NCBI GenBank assembly: GCA_965202585.1
Contig: OZ241827.1
Coordinates: 14,818,001 to 14,882,000, forward strand
Direction of reading: 5' to 3'
Origin: Thalia democratica
Taxonomy: Eukaryota
DNA length: 64,000 bases
The notes under the pieces were generated by a model. It saw nothing but the letters and a program-made list of their open reading frames with translations. It had not been told where the DNA came from and made no database searches. Position 1 is the stretch's first letter, and each line of letters starts with the position of its first letter. Position numbers and translations under genes: made by a program. Positions 47,252-60,591 of the stretch are shown piece by piece.

Positions 47252-49326
47252 TTTTTTGTAGTTATAATAGAATTTATAGATTAAAAATTAGTTTTAACTG
47301 TATTTTTTATTATTTTTAAACTTGTTTTGGATGTATAATCAGGTTTCGTTATAAACAGAGACTAATAAAGCTAAAAGTCAAGTAGAAATTATAAACATGG
47401 AAGTACAGGGTTTTTCTGCATCATAACAATATCATAAACAAGTTTAAACTTTACTTTAAAATCTTAAACCATTTATAATTTGTTTATAGTGTTTTTATTA
47501 GTATTTACTTTATAGTTGTAGTCAAAGCTAATCATTTTGAACTGTATGGACATTTTTATATTATTACTTCTTTCTATTTTTTTTTAAACAAAAAATAAAA
47601 TAAAAACTAAAAGCATACCATATGCGGGAACAACAAAGGTACTTATGTGATTACAAAAAAAAATCTTTTAATCACTTTTGTTGCTCATTGAAACTCCCAG
47701 GGCACTTTGAAGAATTTGATAGAATGTTCTGATGCGGTTTAACCCCAAATGTAACATCCATTTAATATCTGTAAATTATTTCTGCTGTGAAAAAAAAAAC
47801 TTCAACTTTTTGCTTTTGAGTTAAGTACTGTCATTTGGTGAGCCTAGCAATTAAAACCAACAGCTTTTAAAAAAGAACCAACATAACCAATTAAAACCAA
47901 CATAACCCAACTTTGCAGAGGTTCTGTTTGTTATAGTAGATCAGCAACACTACTAGATGCAGCTAATAAACACCAAAGAAGAATAGAAAAAATTTACTGA
48001 TCATAAAATTTTAATGCCTTCTCAATGTTTTAATATTAAAATTACAGTAAACGACATAGATGAATTTATTACCATAGACGATGACAATAATTGTGTAATC
48101 CAAAATAAATTTCTAGCAGAAGCAAACTGTTTTTTGTTTTCAACGAAGGCAGGCGTTGCAAAAAAAAAAGAGATATTTCGTCAGATGAAGCAATGGATGT
48201 TGATATTATCAATAAAAGCTTAAATATAAGTGTTGCTAATGATAACTTACTAATTCTAAGGTTTTGGAAGGAAAAAGTTCATTCAGCAGAAAAGAAAGCT
48301 GCTGTTAGTAAGATTCATAAAAATGTACATCTGGCTTTTAATAACGTTTAAAATGTTTTAATAACAAATTATCAACAAGAAAACTTGTCTGCCGACTTAG
48401 AAAGTAAGTTACTATTACAGAATAATTTATACAGTGTTTACTTCAACGTAAACTCCACCGTTTATTATACTCGTTTAATATTTTTCAATTGCCTTCTAGA
48501 CAATTCTTACATCCAAATTTCAGTTATAAATGATGCTAATGTAAATACACTGTTCGTTTTTTAGTGTTGAGTCTTATTAACAGCTTTTTTTTTTTTTTAT
48601 TTTTTAGTCATGAACTTTTAGATGTAAACTACACTGTTCTTTGTTGTCGTTTAATTTTATCTTGGGTCTTTTTACACTTTATTAGTATTTTAGAACATTT
48701 TTTTGTTTTTCTTTTAATTTTCTTTCATAGAAAAACCCTAAGTAAAAACACTAATTTTGTCCATCAATACTAGGCAACAGAGCTGTTTTTAGTTATAGTT
48801 AAAAAATACAAACTTGCACTTTAAACACAACGTTTCAACGGAAAGTGCGAACTAGAGAAGAAGAGTGTACATTAAAAAAAATAATAGATAATATAGTTTT
48901 TCGTAAAAAATATTTTTATATTTACTTACTTGGAATATAATTAAACTTTTATTACTTTTTTACTGCATTAAAAAAAAACTTTTAAACTTACAAAAAAGAA
49001 TTTTTAATTCTTTGATGCTACGAATTTTCTATTGTTTTATTGTAAAATCAACATAAGAAAGATATTAACTCTGGCTGCTTATAATAAAACTAGACTAGTA
49101 TTTATATTTTGATTTTAGTTTATCTATCTACACGCACAATATTTATTTATAAGTATATATTGTATTTCTGTTTTGATTGTTACTGCTGATAAAAACTTTA
49201 ATCAATTTGTTTGTGTGCATAACTTAATTAATAGCTAAACATTGTTCAACTATTATTTATCTATAAAAGTAAACTTTAACGTTTCATCAACAAAAAACCA
49301 ACAATCTAGATTTAAGACTATAAACT

Positions 49327-49552
49327 ATGAGTACAAGTACAGAATACAAACAAGTTGAATCAGAACTTAGTTCATTGAAGATTTCTGAAAAAAAGAATAT
49401 TCAACCTGAAAGTTTAGATCAAGAGTTACCCAACAGTGGTTCATCTTGCACAAGTTCTAAAGGTAATGGTTTTTTGAAACAATGTAAACAAGTTATTTTG
49501 CAACAGGCTGATGATACATATCTGCAAAGACTTAAAAAAATTTGTCAACAAG
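49327..49552 (+). CDS. Probable exon 1 of BACK-Kelch gene, unit 3
   Basis: ATG at 49327; donor CAAG|GTAAGA at 49552/49553 (phase 1). Confidence 0.65.
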
Positions 49553-50537
49553 GTAAGATAAATTATCAATTATTTCACACACTTTGCTCACTGGCAATTT
49601 TATTTTACAAAAATTACAGTGCGTGAGAAAATATTGCATTATCTTAATTAATAATATCAAGAAAAAAAAGGTGTTTCGTAAGTATCAAAATCAAAGTATA
49701 TTTAGAATTTAGCATGTTACTCTGTAATCTAGATTAATTTGCTTATTAATTAAGTTATTTTTTTTAAATACTTAAACTTTTTTATTAAATTTTCTTTAGT
49801 CCTTAATTTCTTCTAAGAAGGAACAAAGTGTCAAATAAAATATATACCAAACAATATTTTTAAAAGCTTTCGTTTATTTAACATGTATTTACGGCTGTAA
49901 AAAAAGCATATTTAAAGAAAATTAAATTACAAGTAAAAAAGTAAGAATACTTAAAGAAACATAAATAAGTTACACTATTGTGTTAGTATTATAATTTTAG
50001 ATAAAATTTATAAAAACTTTAAAACTTAAGTCAAAGTTTTTTATACACATGAAAATAAACGAATAGCAAAACAGCATCGTATAATGATTTTAACTTCATT
50101 TTTTTAGTTTGAATGGTAACAAACTCTTGCTATACACCATATTTGTATGGGGCCGTAATTTAAACATTGTAAAAAATTTTGTTAGAAATGATCCTTTGTT
50201 TTTGTTTGTCATTAAATGTTCTTTAGTCATAGATATAGAATAAAACTAGATAAAAATTAGATGTATTTTAGTTTGAACTAATTTTAAATTAATATATAGT
50301 TTAGCAAACTAAATTGATTATTACATTTTAATTATAATACGATCGTTAGCATCTATTCTGATACGTATTATAAAATGAACAAATAAACTAAGAAAGACTT
50401 TACTACATTTATGCATAAACACTGTAAGTTATAAAATAAATTCTAAAAGTTTGACTTTTATTTTTAGAATTAACTTTTTAATCACTATCAAAAAACTTTA
50501 ACAAATATATGTAGGACTTATACATTGTAATTTACAG

Positions 50538-51886
50538 GTAGCCTAGACTCAAAAGAGACTAATTTATTATCACTATTGAAGAAGTACAAAATCTCTCTGA
50601 ATGATGACGTAAGGAATGTTACATACGATTGGATGAAAGATAAAATAAATGTTAACAACGTCGCAGCTCTGTACTACTCATCACAAATTTTTAGCTTGTC
50701 TGAACCATCGTTGCGTTTTATTGAGCGTTGTTTCCCAATGCTTGTTGATTCACGCAAATTTTTAGAGTTGGACGTTGTGTCAGTTGCGAAACTGCTTTCA
50801 AGCAGCGAGTTGAACGTCGATACAGAGTTACAGGTGTTCAATGCAGCCAACGGTTGGTTGAATCACTATAAGGAACGTAGCAAACACGCGAGCTATATTT
50901 ACTCTAAAGTTCGTGCTTCGTTGTTATCAAATGCTGCTTTGAAATATATTTCAAGCAAATATAATATTCACCTGCATGCTGATTCTTCCTCTATGAAATC
51001 TAGTACTAGGTACTGCGAACAACATAACTTCAACATAATTGTTTGTGGGGGTCGGGACATTGATGCCCTCGACGCAATCAGCGATGTGTACAGTGTTCAA
51101 GCCAGCGATCAATACAGCGTGAGTGTTTTACCACAAACTAAAGCAGGCAGCCGAGAATATTACGGTGCGGCTTGCATAAAAGGCAAAGTTTACGCGTTTG
51201 ACGGTCAAGGTTACAACGGGCGCAGCGCAAAATGCGTTGAAACGTATTCGCCTGCCACTAACGCTTGGGAAGTTGTTGCTGACATGGACGTTTTACACTT
51301 TTATGACTATTGCGTGTGTTCGTTCATGGACAAAATTTACCTGATGGGAGCAACTATGAGGCAAGATCGCAGCACTTGCATTGAGTTCGATACGAAAAGT
51401 CTAACGTGGAAGGAGGTTGCTGGAACGAATCAAGAAAGATTGCATGCGGCTTGTACTGTGTTTGAAGGAAGAATTGCTTTGTCCGGAGGAGCTTATGGAG
51501 CGGAAAAGTTTAACACCGTTGAGGTTTACGATCCTTTTGACGACTCATGGACCTACATGCCCAACATGGTCAAAAGAAGAAGTTATCACAAATCAGTAGC
51601 TGTTAAGAACAAGTTGTTTGTAGTTGGTGGTCCCAATGAACCAACCTGTGAGGTGTTTGATTCTTATTCTGGCAATTTTGTTTTTGTTCCAACGCCTAAA
51701 TCATATAACTACTTATTACGTCGTCCTAGTAGTGTGGTATCAATAGGAAACAAACTTGTTTGGTTTGATGATTTGTTAAAAACTATTGTGTTTTATGATT
51801 TTGAAAACAATAAATGGTCGCAGCAATTACTTGAAGTAACAAAATATGTTTATTTTCATCGTTATGTTAAAGTTCCTCAATCATAA
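50538..51886 (+). CDS. BACK-Kelch repeat protein, exon 2, unit 3
   Basis: Acceptor TTTACAG|GT at 50537/50538; open frame to TAA at 51886; 19 amino-acid differences from unit 1 within the 436-aa ORF. Confidence 0.92.
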
Positions 51887-52210
51887 CATATTTTAGATTT
51901 ATAATAGTAAAAAATCTAACAAAAAAAAAGATAAAATAATCGTGTAATTTTGGTTTTAACTTTTATTTAGACTTTTATTTAGATACGTGATGTTTTCATA
52001 CGAGAAAATAAATTTAAAGTATTTTCAAAACATATAATAGGTAATGTACTTTATATGTGTCAATAAATATTAGATAATAAACATTTCTGTGTCTTATATT
52101 TCGTCGAAAATTTTTTTTTAATTGTTCTATTTATATAGTAAAATAATTTTATCATAGTTTAAAATTAATTCAACATTCTTTTTTTTTAACTTATCAAGTA
52201 GATGCTAAAC

Positions 52211-52724
52211 CAGTGGTCGGCACGGTGTACACTGGTGCACACTAGTATACACAAAATGTTTTTTAGGGTGAACGAAATTTTTAGGGTACACGAAACTCAT
52301 TTAGGGGTACACGAAATTTTGATATCACAAAAAAATACATAGAGTTAGATTAAGTATGCAGTTAATATTTAATAAAGTAATTAAAAAATACTGAACTGGG
52401 GATTTTGTAGTAATTGCAGAGAAGTGTCCAATTAATAAATATGTAAGATAAAGCCATATAACTAAAATATCATCGTGAAAATAAAGTAAAACATATAAAG
52501 AGGTCAATTAAAAAGAGGACCAATTAAAAAGTTTCAGCTTCAGTTGTTAAATGGTTTGCGTGTAAATACAAACTGAGTTATGAATTTTAAGGAGAAATGC
52601 ACTAACAAAAGTGTTTACGTAGTTCGACCACTAGCGGCGCTTATTAAACTTAGATCTAGGGTTGCACCGATTTTAGTTTTTGCAGCTTGGTGTACATAGA
52701 ACTTGATAAGCTTGCCGACCACTG
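52211..52724. mobile_element. hAT MITE, unit 3 copy (insertion predates the duplication)
   Basis: TIR CAGTGGTCGGCA; TSD TGCTAAAC at 52203-52210 and 52725-52732. Confidence 0.92.
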
Positions 52725-53071
52725 TGCTAAACCATTTCTTCAAAATGTGTATGCTTGAATTGATTGAATAATCTTTCTATAGTCAGTTTAAATTTTAATT
52801 GTCTTTTTATATATTTATTTATAATTTAGTAAAATTAAATATAAATATGCTATCTACATTACATGTAGCTTCCGATATATGTTTACAAAAAAATACCCAC
52901 TTTGCTTAGTTGTACAGTTGTTTCAGTGCGATGTATCACCTAAGCTTGCCAATTTGAAGTATTTTTACATATAGCTTAGGTAAATACAAAGCTAATAACA
53001 AATAATAGCTTAAAAGTATTGAGAAATACAGCCAAAAAGTTGCAACAGAGTTTGTTCATAAAATTATTCTA

Positions 53072-56000
53072 GAAGTTATCCAAGGAGTTGTATAAGAAAT
53101 TGTCTGAGTACTCATCCAAGTAGATATTCAACTATGTCAATGTTGATATTGAACTAGTTATCCCAGTACTTTGTATCCAGGTAATTATCCAGGTGTTGTA
53201 ATCAAAGTATTTTTCAAATACTTATCTAAGAAGTTTTTATCCAACCAGTTGTAATCAAATTTGTTGTTACTGAAATGGTTATCCAAGCATCTATCCAATA
53301 AATTTTTATCCAAGTTGTTATCAAAGTTGCTGTTATCCCACATTTAACACAAGTAGTTCTTCTAGTAGAAGTTTTCCAAATTTTTTTCAAAGCTGCTATC
53401 CAAGTAGTAGTCATCCACATAGTCATCCCAGTATTATCCTAATAATGTAGAAGTATTTATCCAAGCAGTTGTTAGCTAAGTAGTAGTTATTGAAGCAATT
53501 ATCCAAGTAGTTATAAAACTAGATATCTAAGTAACTATTATTCAAGCAACTGTTATCAAATTAGTTGTTATCAAATTTATTTTCCAAATAGTTATCGAAG
53601 TGGTTATCGAATTATTAACCAAGTTGTTATAAAAGTTATTACCACAGTAGTTGAAACCCATGTTGCTATCCAAGCAGTTATCCAAGTAGTTGCCCAAGTA
53701 ATTAACAAAAAAAGGGTTTAACAAAATAGTTGTCCATTTAGTTATTAAACTAGAAAATAAGACATTAAATTTCGAATTTGTTATACAAGTCGTTGCTATC
53801 CAGGTTGTTTTCTAAGTTGTTATCAAGTTAGCTACCCTAGCATTTGTCTAAGCATTTATCAAGTAGAAGTAATCGATTTTTTTTATCAATGTATTGTTAG
53901 CTAAGTAGTTATCAAAGTAACTATCTATGAAGTTATCTAATCAGTTATTTAAGTAATTATCCAAATAGTTATTATCTAGGTGGCTATCCAAGTAGTAGTT
54001 ATTCAGACAGTTTTTACCCAATGAATTAGTATAAAAATAATTCTTGTCTAAGTAAATACTATTTAAGTAGTTTTTATCGAAGTACTTGTTATCTAAGTAA
54101 TAAAGAAAGTAGTTATCCCAATGATTATTATCACAGTATTTATCTAAGTAGTAATCAAAACAGTTGTTGTCCGAGAAGAATTAGCTATCCTAGTAGTTAT
54201 TATCCGAGCAGTTATCCAAGTAGTTATCCAATCAGTTTTCATCCACTTGTTTGTTATTCGAGTAGTTGTTATCTAAGAAGTTATTATTTAAGTTTTTCTT
54301 ATTCAAGGATTAGTTATCCAAACAGTTGTTATCAAAGTTTTTGACCAAGTAATTGGCCAAATAGTTATCAAAGAATTTTTCAAATAAGTTGTCCTGGTAG
54401 GTATTCAAGTTTTTGTTCAAAAAGTTTACTAAGTATTTAACAATGAAGTTGTTATTCAAGTTAAATTTCAAATAGTTATCGTAGAAGTTATCCAAACAGT
54501 TGTTATCGAAGTTGGTATCAAAGTGGTTATCCAAGTACTTATCCAAGAAGTTGTTATCCAGGGAGTCATTAACCAAATAATGTTTATTTAAGTTGTTATC
54601 AAAGTAGTTGCTACCCAACTAGTTATCCAAGCTGTCATTTAAGTAATTATCCATTTAGTTTTTCATGTAATTGTCCTAGTTGTAAAACAAGTAGCTTTTA
54701 TACAACTTGTAATCATATGTTTTGTGATTCAAGTAAAACTATTTCAAGTAGTTGTTATCCCAGGAGTTACTATCGAACTAGTTACCCAAGTAGTTGCTTT
54801 TCAAGCAGTTATCCAAGTAGTTGTTATTTAAGTAATTATCTAATTAGGTATCAAAGTATTCAATTGAGTAGTTATCCAAGTAGTTATACAAGCAAGTTCC
54901 ATCCACGTAGTTGGAATCAAAGTAGTTTTTATTCAAGTAGTTGATTCCTTTGTAGTTTATATCCAAGTATTATTATCCGAGAAGGTATTCAATCAGTCAT
55001 CCAAGTAATTATCTAAGTTGATGTCCTGGTATAGTCATGCATATTGTTATCCAAGTTGTTACCCTATTAGTTGTCCAAGCAGTTGTTATCAAAGTAGTTA
55101 TTCATGCAGTAGTCATCTAAGTTGTTATTCAAGTAATTATCTAAGTAGTTGTTATCCGAATAGCTGTCAAAGTTAACATTGAAGTATATATACAAGTAAC
55201 TGTCATCCAAATAACTACCAAAGTAGTTGTTAATCAAGTTATTGTTAATGACTTACTTGTTATACTACTGTTTAAATAAATGACTATCAAAGAAGTTATT
55301 GATGTTGTTATCCAAGTAGCAGTTCTCCAAGTATCTTTTATCCAAGCTTTTGTTATCAAAGTAGTTGTACAAGAAGATAACTTATTATTTATTCAAATAG
55401 TTGGTCAAGCTGTTATTTTTATTCAAGTAGTAGTGTATCCAAATTTTTATCAAAATAATTGTCCAAGTATTTGTTATCCAATCAGGTATCTAAGTAGTAG
55501 TTATTCATTAACTAAATTATTAAAATTTTTATCCAAGTAGTTCCATGTACCTTACCAAATTATTATCCACAGAGTCAATTAACTAGCTGTCCACGAAGTT
55601 CTTCAAGTAGTTATCCTAGTAAGTAACCGAGTACTAGATGTCCAAATAGTTATTTAAACGATTGTCCAAGTACTAGTTGTCCAAGTAGTTATTTAAACGT
55701 AATAGTTATCCAGAAAGTTGTTATCCCAGTAGTTCTTATCCAAGCAATTACTCAAGTAGTTAAGTAGGTAGTTTTCGAATTAATTAGCCAAGTAGTATTC
55801 CAAATAAATATCTGAGTAGTTTTTCGAGTAGTTGTTATCCAAGCAAGTAGCCAAGTAGTTATTAAAATAATTGTCTAAGCAGTTATCCAAGTAGTTGGTA
55901 TACAATTTGTTCTTATCTAAGTAAAAATCCTAGTTGTTATCCAAGTAAATACCCAAGAAATTATCGAAGTAGTCATCCCAATTGTCATTCAAGTAATTAT

Positions 56001-56130
56001 CTAAGTAGTATCCAAGTAGTTGTTATCTATAAATATCATCCAAATTGGTAAATATACAAGTAGTCTTTATCCAAATAGTAATTATCTAAGCAGTTATTTA
56101 AAAAGTTCTTACCAAAAAATTGTTATACAT
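53072..56130. repeat. TATCCAAGTAGT satellite, unit 3
   Basis: Collinear with 10811-13850, with unit-sized indels. Source of ORFs 53226-55540. Confidence 0.9.
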
Positions 56131-57510
56131 GAAAATGTAGACTTAATAAAAGTAAAAATAAAGATTTTATGTAAAATAAAATATAAAATAACAGCAGTTT
56201 TTTAAACAAACTTATCAAAACTTCTACAATGCTACTGTTCAATATATTTAACGCAACATTATATTTTTAGATAATGTTCAAAAAAAAAAAACATGTCATC
56301 TTATTAAGTTTTAAATACTATATTTGTCAAAAATTTTAATAAGTGTAGTTTCGTAGATTTTGGTGTTTTACAGTACATTTAACTGAAAAATAGTAGTGCA
56401 TGTTAAGGATCCAGTATAAAATTAGAAGTATATATAAAACGCTACTATATATTGTAGTATTAAGAAATCAAAATAGATTCATATATTTTTATGTAGTAAC
56501 TTTTAAGCCTTCGATTCATCATTCTTAATATTCTAATAAAACAAAAATATAATAAAAAACTCAATAATTGGAACAATTATACTGTATTAAAATGGTTTCG
56601 CTATTGACCTATTTGCTTAAACAATTTAAATTATTGCAATTTAGAATTTTACTTCATGTGTATGTTAAGGTTTATAAGCATAGTTTTCTTTTTTATCTAT
56701 CTTTAAAAAAGTTAAAAAATAATAACAGACTTTTTAATAAATTGAAATAACTTTAATTAAAAATGTGTAAAAGCATGTACTATAAAAATTGATTTTTCGT
56801 AGAACGAACTCAAAAATATTTTACAATATTTATCTACATATTTGTTTTATTTTTTTCATAGCATTTTATTTTAACTTTAAAGACAAACTTTATACTTTAT
56901 TACCTCATACAATTATTTAGTAGTGGAGTATTTTCGTTTATTTAATGTTTTATTGTGAAATATTTACAGAACTTTTCTAAAATAAGTGTTGTTTTACATA
57001 AAAAAGAGTATAAGATATGAAAGGCGTTAGCTAAGGGTTAGGTCTTGCAAAGTTCAATCGAAACATTTTAAAAATGTCATTATACGTGTTAGCAAAAAAT
57101 AAAAAGTAGTTTTATTTTTATTACATAAATAAATTTACTTATCGTTTTAGTTTAAACATTTAAATTTTAGTGAAGTATACCACTAGACTAAAGTTGGTTT
57201 AATTTATATATATATATAACTATTATGGCACTTCAAAAATAAACAAACAAAATTAAACAGTTCTGGAAGATTCAAATAAAAATAACTCAGTGTTTAAGTA
57301 ATTATGTTTTATTGATAGATATATTAACAATTTTACACAAACATATGCACATAAAAATTTTCCAAGTAATGTAACAAGTAACTTAACAATCAATATTAAA
57401 ATAAATAATAAAAGACAAACAAATTTAGGTTAAACAACCAAGTAAAACTTAGGCGGCTACTAACCAGCTTGTAACTAATAAATATTCAATCAAAACAAAG
57501 CATTTCAAAA

Positions 57511-58627
57511 CTATTTTTTTCAGCAGCTTATCACTGTAATCCTAAACTTATTTACAAATTTCAAAATTTTTTCACTTTTTACTCGCTTAATTGGCCATTA
57601 AGAATTTCGGAGTCTTATTAATCTAGCAAGCTCATTTGATTTGATCAGTTGTAATAAGAAAATAATTAGTGTTGCTAGTGTTGTTTAGTGTATATGGATT
57701 TGTCTATCTTACTTTATAAGTTTTTAATCGTGATCATTGCTTTGCATGAAACACCGTGTTGAATAAAACTCTCAATCTGAAATTGTCTTATTTTTCTTAC
57801 AATCGTCCAGTATTTCCTCAATTATGCCAAATGGTCTTGGGTGTGCTTGGAATACTATTTTTACAACAATCAGTTCGTCTTTACACTTGGTTATTTTGGC
57901 ACGTAAGCTTGAAGCAACGAACTGCTGATTTTCTACACCTGAATCTAAAGTGTTTTCAGTATCCAAATTAGTGTTACAATCAGGCTTCTCAGCATTTCTG
58001 TCGTTTTTTGATTGACTAACCTCAGAGCAACTTTGAGCATTTTTACCAAAAGAACTTTGTTTGTTTTCTTTGTCATTTTTGCTTATACTTACTGCAGTTT
58101 CGGCTGCGGTAAAACTAGTCTTTTTTTTTAATTTTTTTCTCGAAGCTACAGTCAAGTTGCTCTCCTCTACATTTTTATTAAAACTTTTTTCATTTTCAGT
58201 TTCACTCTGTGCCTTAGCATTTTTAGTACTACCACAAATATCAACTTTATCCGATTCCCTGTCACTATCATTTTTGAGCACAACTGCTGTTGATAGGCCA
58301 CAATCGCCGCCAGAACTGTCCACTAGATCATTAGAACTATCAGTGACGTCATCTGAAGAACGAAAAGTCTCAGGATTGACTGCGTTTTACTACACTTGGT
58401 TTCTTACTAACAATTTTGTGTGTACACTTTGGTTCTGGTTTTGGATAAGTTGGGTCCTTCTGATCAGACTTTTTACTATACTTATCATCGCTACCAGTAT
58501 CACCAACAGAGTTTTAATTTTTCTTTTTTAAAAAATAAAGAACAACACTGACCAGTGCCGTCAAACCAATAAATACGACCATCATTTCACAAAAAATGAT
58601 GTCAAATTTAAATGAAGTCTCTATTAT
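57511..58627 (-). pseudogene. Paralogue A3
   Basis: Start ATG changed to ATA (58627); TAA at 58514-58516 just after the transmembrane segment; frame break near 58375; 183-codon open segment 57772-58323 homologous to A1. Confidence 0.8.
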
Positions 58628-59661
58628 TTTATTTGCTTGAAAAAGCTGAAAAATAACAAGTCCAAAGTTTAATTTAGAATTATTTTGGAGAAAAAGTCAG
58701 CACTTTAATTGAATCTGATACATAACAACTTGGAATATTTAAAACTAAAAATAATAATAGAAAGAGTATTAATTGTTGGTTTACTGATAGAAACTTAAAT
58801 GTGTTAAGTACCTATGCAATTTTAATTGTTATTAAACTTACTCTAATTGATTAATATTCTGTAGTGTAACTTTTTATAAACGTTTTTTCTCAAAATAGCT
58901 TACCAAACAAAAACAATTTAAGTATTAGTTTATTTTTAACAAAATTAAACTTTTATCTACCTTATAAAATATTGATTTTTTAAAGGTAATCAAAAAAAGA
59001 ACTTTTTAAAATTTAACTGCTCCAAACAACTTTACGATTCAAATATATAAAAAATATGTTGCAAGTAACACTTTTAACATAGTTTTTTTTTGAAAATCTA
59101 AAAGAGTAAAAGGACTTTTAAATTAATTATATCAATGAAAACAATATTGTCGACTTTATTATAAAGTACTATTTAAACTTGTCAACTTTGTTAACTATTT
59201 AGTTTTTCAACATTTTTATAGTATCTCATTAACTAAATTTTTTTACTTTTAGTTTTTAGTTTTTCACTATCACTGTTACCTTTAGCTTTACCCTCGGTCG
59301 GTAACTTATTATTTTATTTTTACTTTTTTTTTTCAAAATTTTTAGTTGACCAATAAAAAAACTTTATATTTATGTTAACTATCAGTGTTACTCCAAAGAC
59401 TTACCTTCGGTGGCAGCTTTTTTCTTTATGTATATATGTTTATTTCTATTTTATATATATATAATTTATTTTTTAAAATTTTAATCGCGTGCAAAGTTGA
59501 CCCTCCAGTCAAAATAAACAATAAAAGAAAATATATGATTTAACGGGTTTTTAGTAGAGAAATACTTTATATCATTAATCATTTTATTTTGTATAGTATT
59601 CTTATAAGTACTACTACTACTCTTTAAGTTTTTTAAAAATAGAAAAAGCGTATGCTAAAAC

Positions 59662-60143
59662 GGGTAGGTGTCTAATTTGCACGAGCGTACAGAACTGCAC
59701 GACAACACTTTTGCACAAGGGAACAAAATTTCACGAAGGCTCTTTTGCACGAAAGGTCACGAGCAGACAATTTTGCACGGAGACATTTTTGCACAAGTTG
59801 AACTTTTTTCATTTTTTTTTTACTTTTAGTTTTAGTTTTTCACTATCACTGTTACCTTTAGCTTTACCTTCGGTCAGTAACTTATTATTTTATTTTTACA
59901 ATTTTTTTTTTCAATTATTTTAATTTACCAATTAAAAAACTTTATATTTGTGTTTACTATCAATGTTACTCCAAACCCTTACATTCGGTCGGCAGCCTTT
60001 TTCTTTATGCAAATATGTTTATTTCTATTTTATATATATATAAATGTTTTTTTTTTAAATTTTAGTCGCGTGCAAAATTGACCCTCCAGGCAAAATTGAC
60101 CCTTGGTGAAAAATTAAACTTGTGCAGTTTTGTTCTCTCGAGC
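59662..60143. mobile_element. Degenerate TIR element with TTTTGCACGA subterminal repeats (family uncertain)
   Basis: tgcacgagcgtacagaactgcac (59678-59700) versus gtgcagttttgttctctcgagca (60122-60143) is a 19/23 inverted match. Its interior (~59820-60093) is duplicated at ~59240-59513. Confidence 0.5.
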
Positions 60144-60537
60144 AGTTGAATTTTTACAAATACTTTTTATAACCATCTTTATAAAACAAACATTTTAAAA
60201 TAGATTTAAGTTTGTAATTAAACCCAACTAATCTTTTGTTGTTTTTATTTCATCAAATATTTTGATTAATCCCACAGAGCAAAAGTTACACTATAAGACA
60301 TTACTCGATTTAAAGTCAGTTAAATAACATTCGAGTATATAAAGATATTGTAGGCATCTAGTTTTTCTTCAATAAAAGAAGAAATCAAAATAAAAAAAAA
60401 ACGGTTTTAGTTTTAAAATTTTTGAGGTTGTTATATAAACATTTTACTAAAATAAAATAAAGACTCTAGTTTTCTTGTAATTTATTTGGATCGGAATTTT
60501 TTTCTTGTCATTATACATCTCATATATAGAAAGTAAA

Positions 60538-60591
60538 ATTATAAAAGTTTCATTTAAACTTAATGTCAGTTTTTGTAAATTGATGGTTTGA
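60538..60591 (+). pseudogene. Isolated N-terminal remnant of a C-like paralogue
   Basis: aagtaaaATT ata aaa gtt tca ttt aaa ctt aat gtc agt ttt tgt aaa ttg atg gtt TGA = (I)IKVSFKLNVSFCKLMV*, versus C1 aagtaaaATG-IKVSFSFDVSFCKLMVG. Confidence 0.65.

Noticed and set aside
53226-56205. Short ORFs in the satellite (13735, 53226, 53542, 54310, 54717, 55280, 56020) as genes
   Set aside because: They arise from the 12/15-nt repeat and are mostly not conserved as open frames between units 1 and 3.
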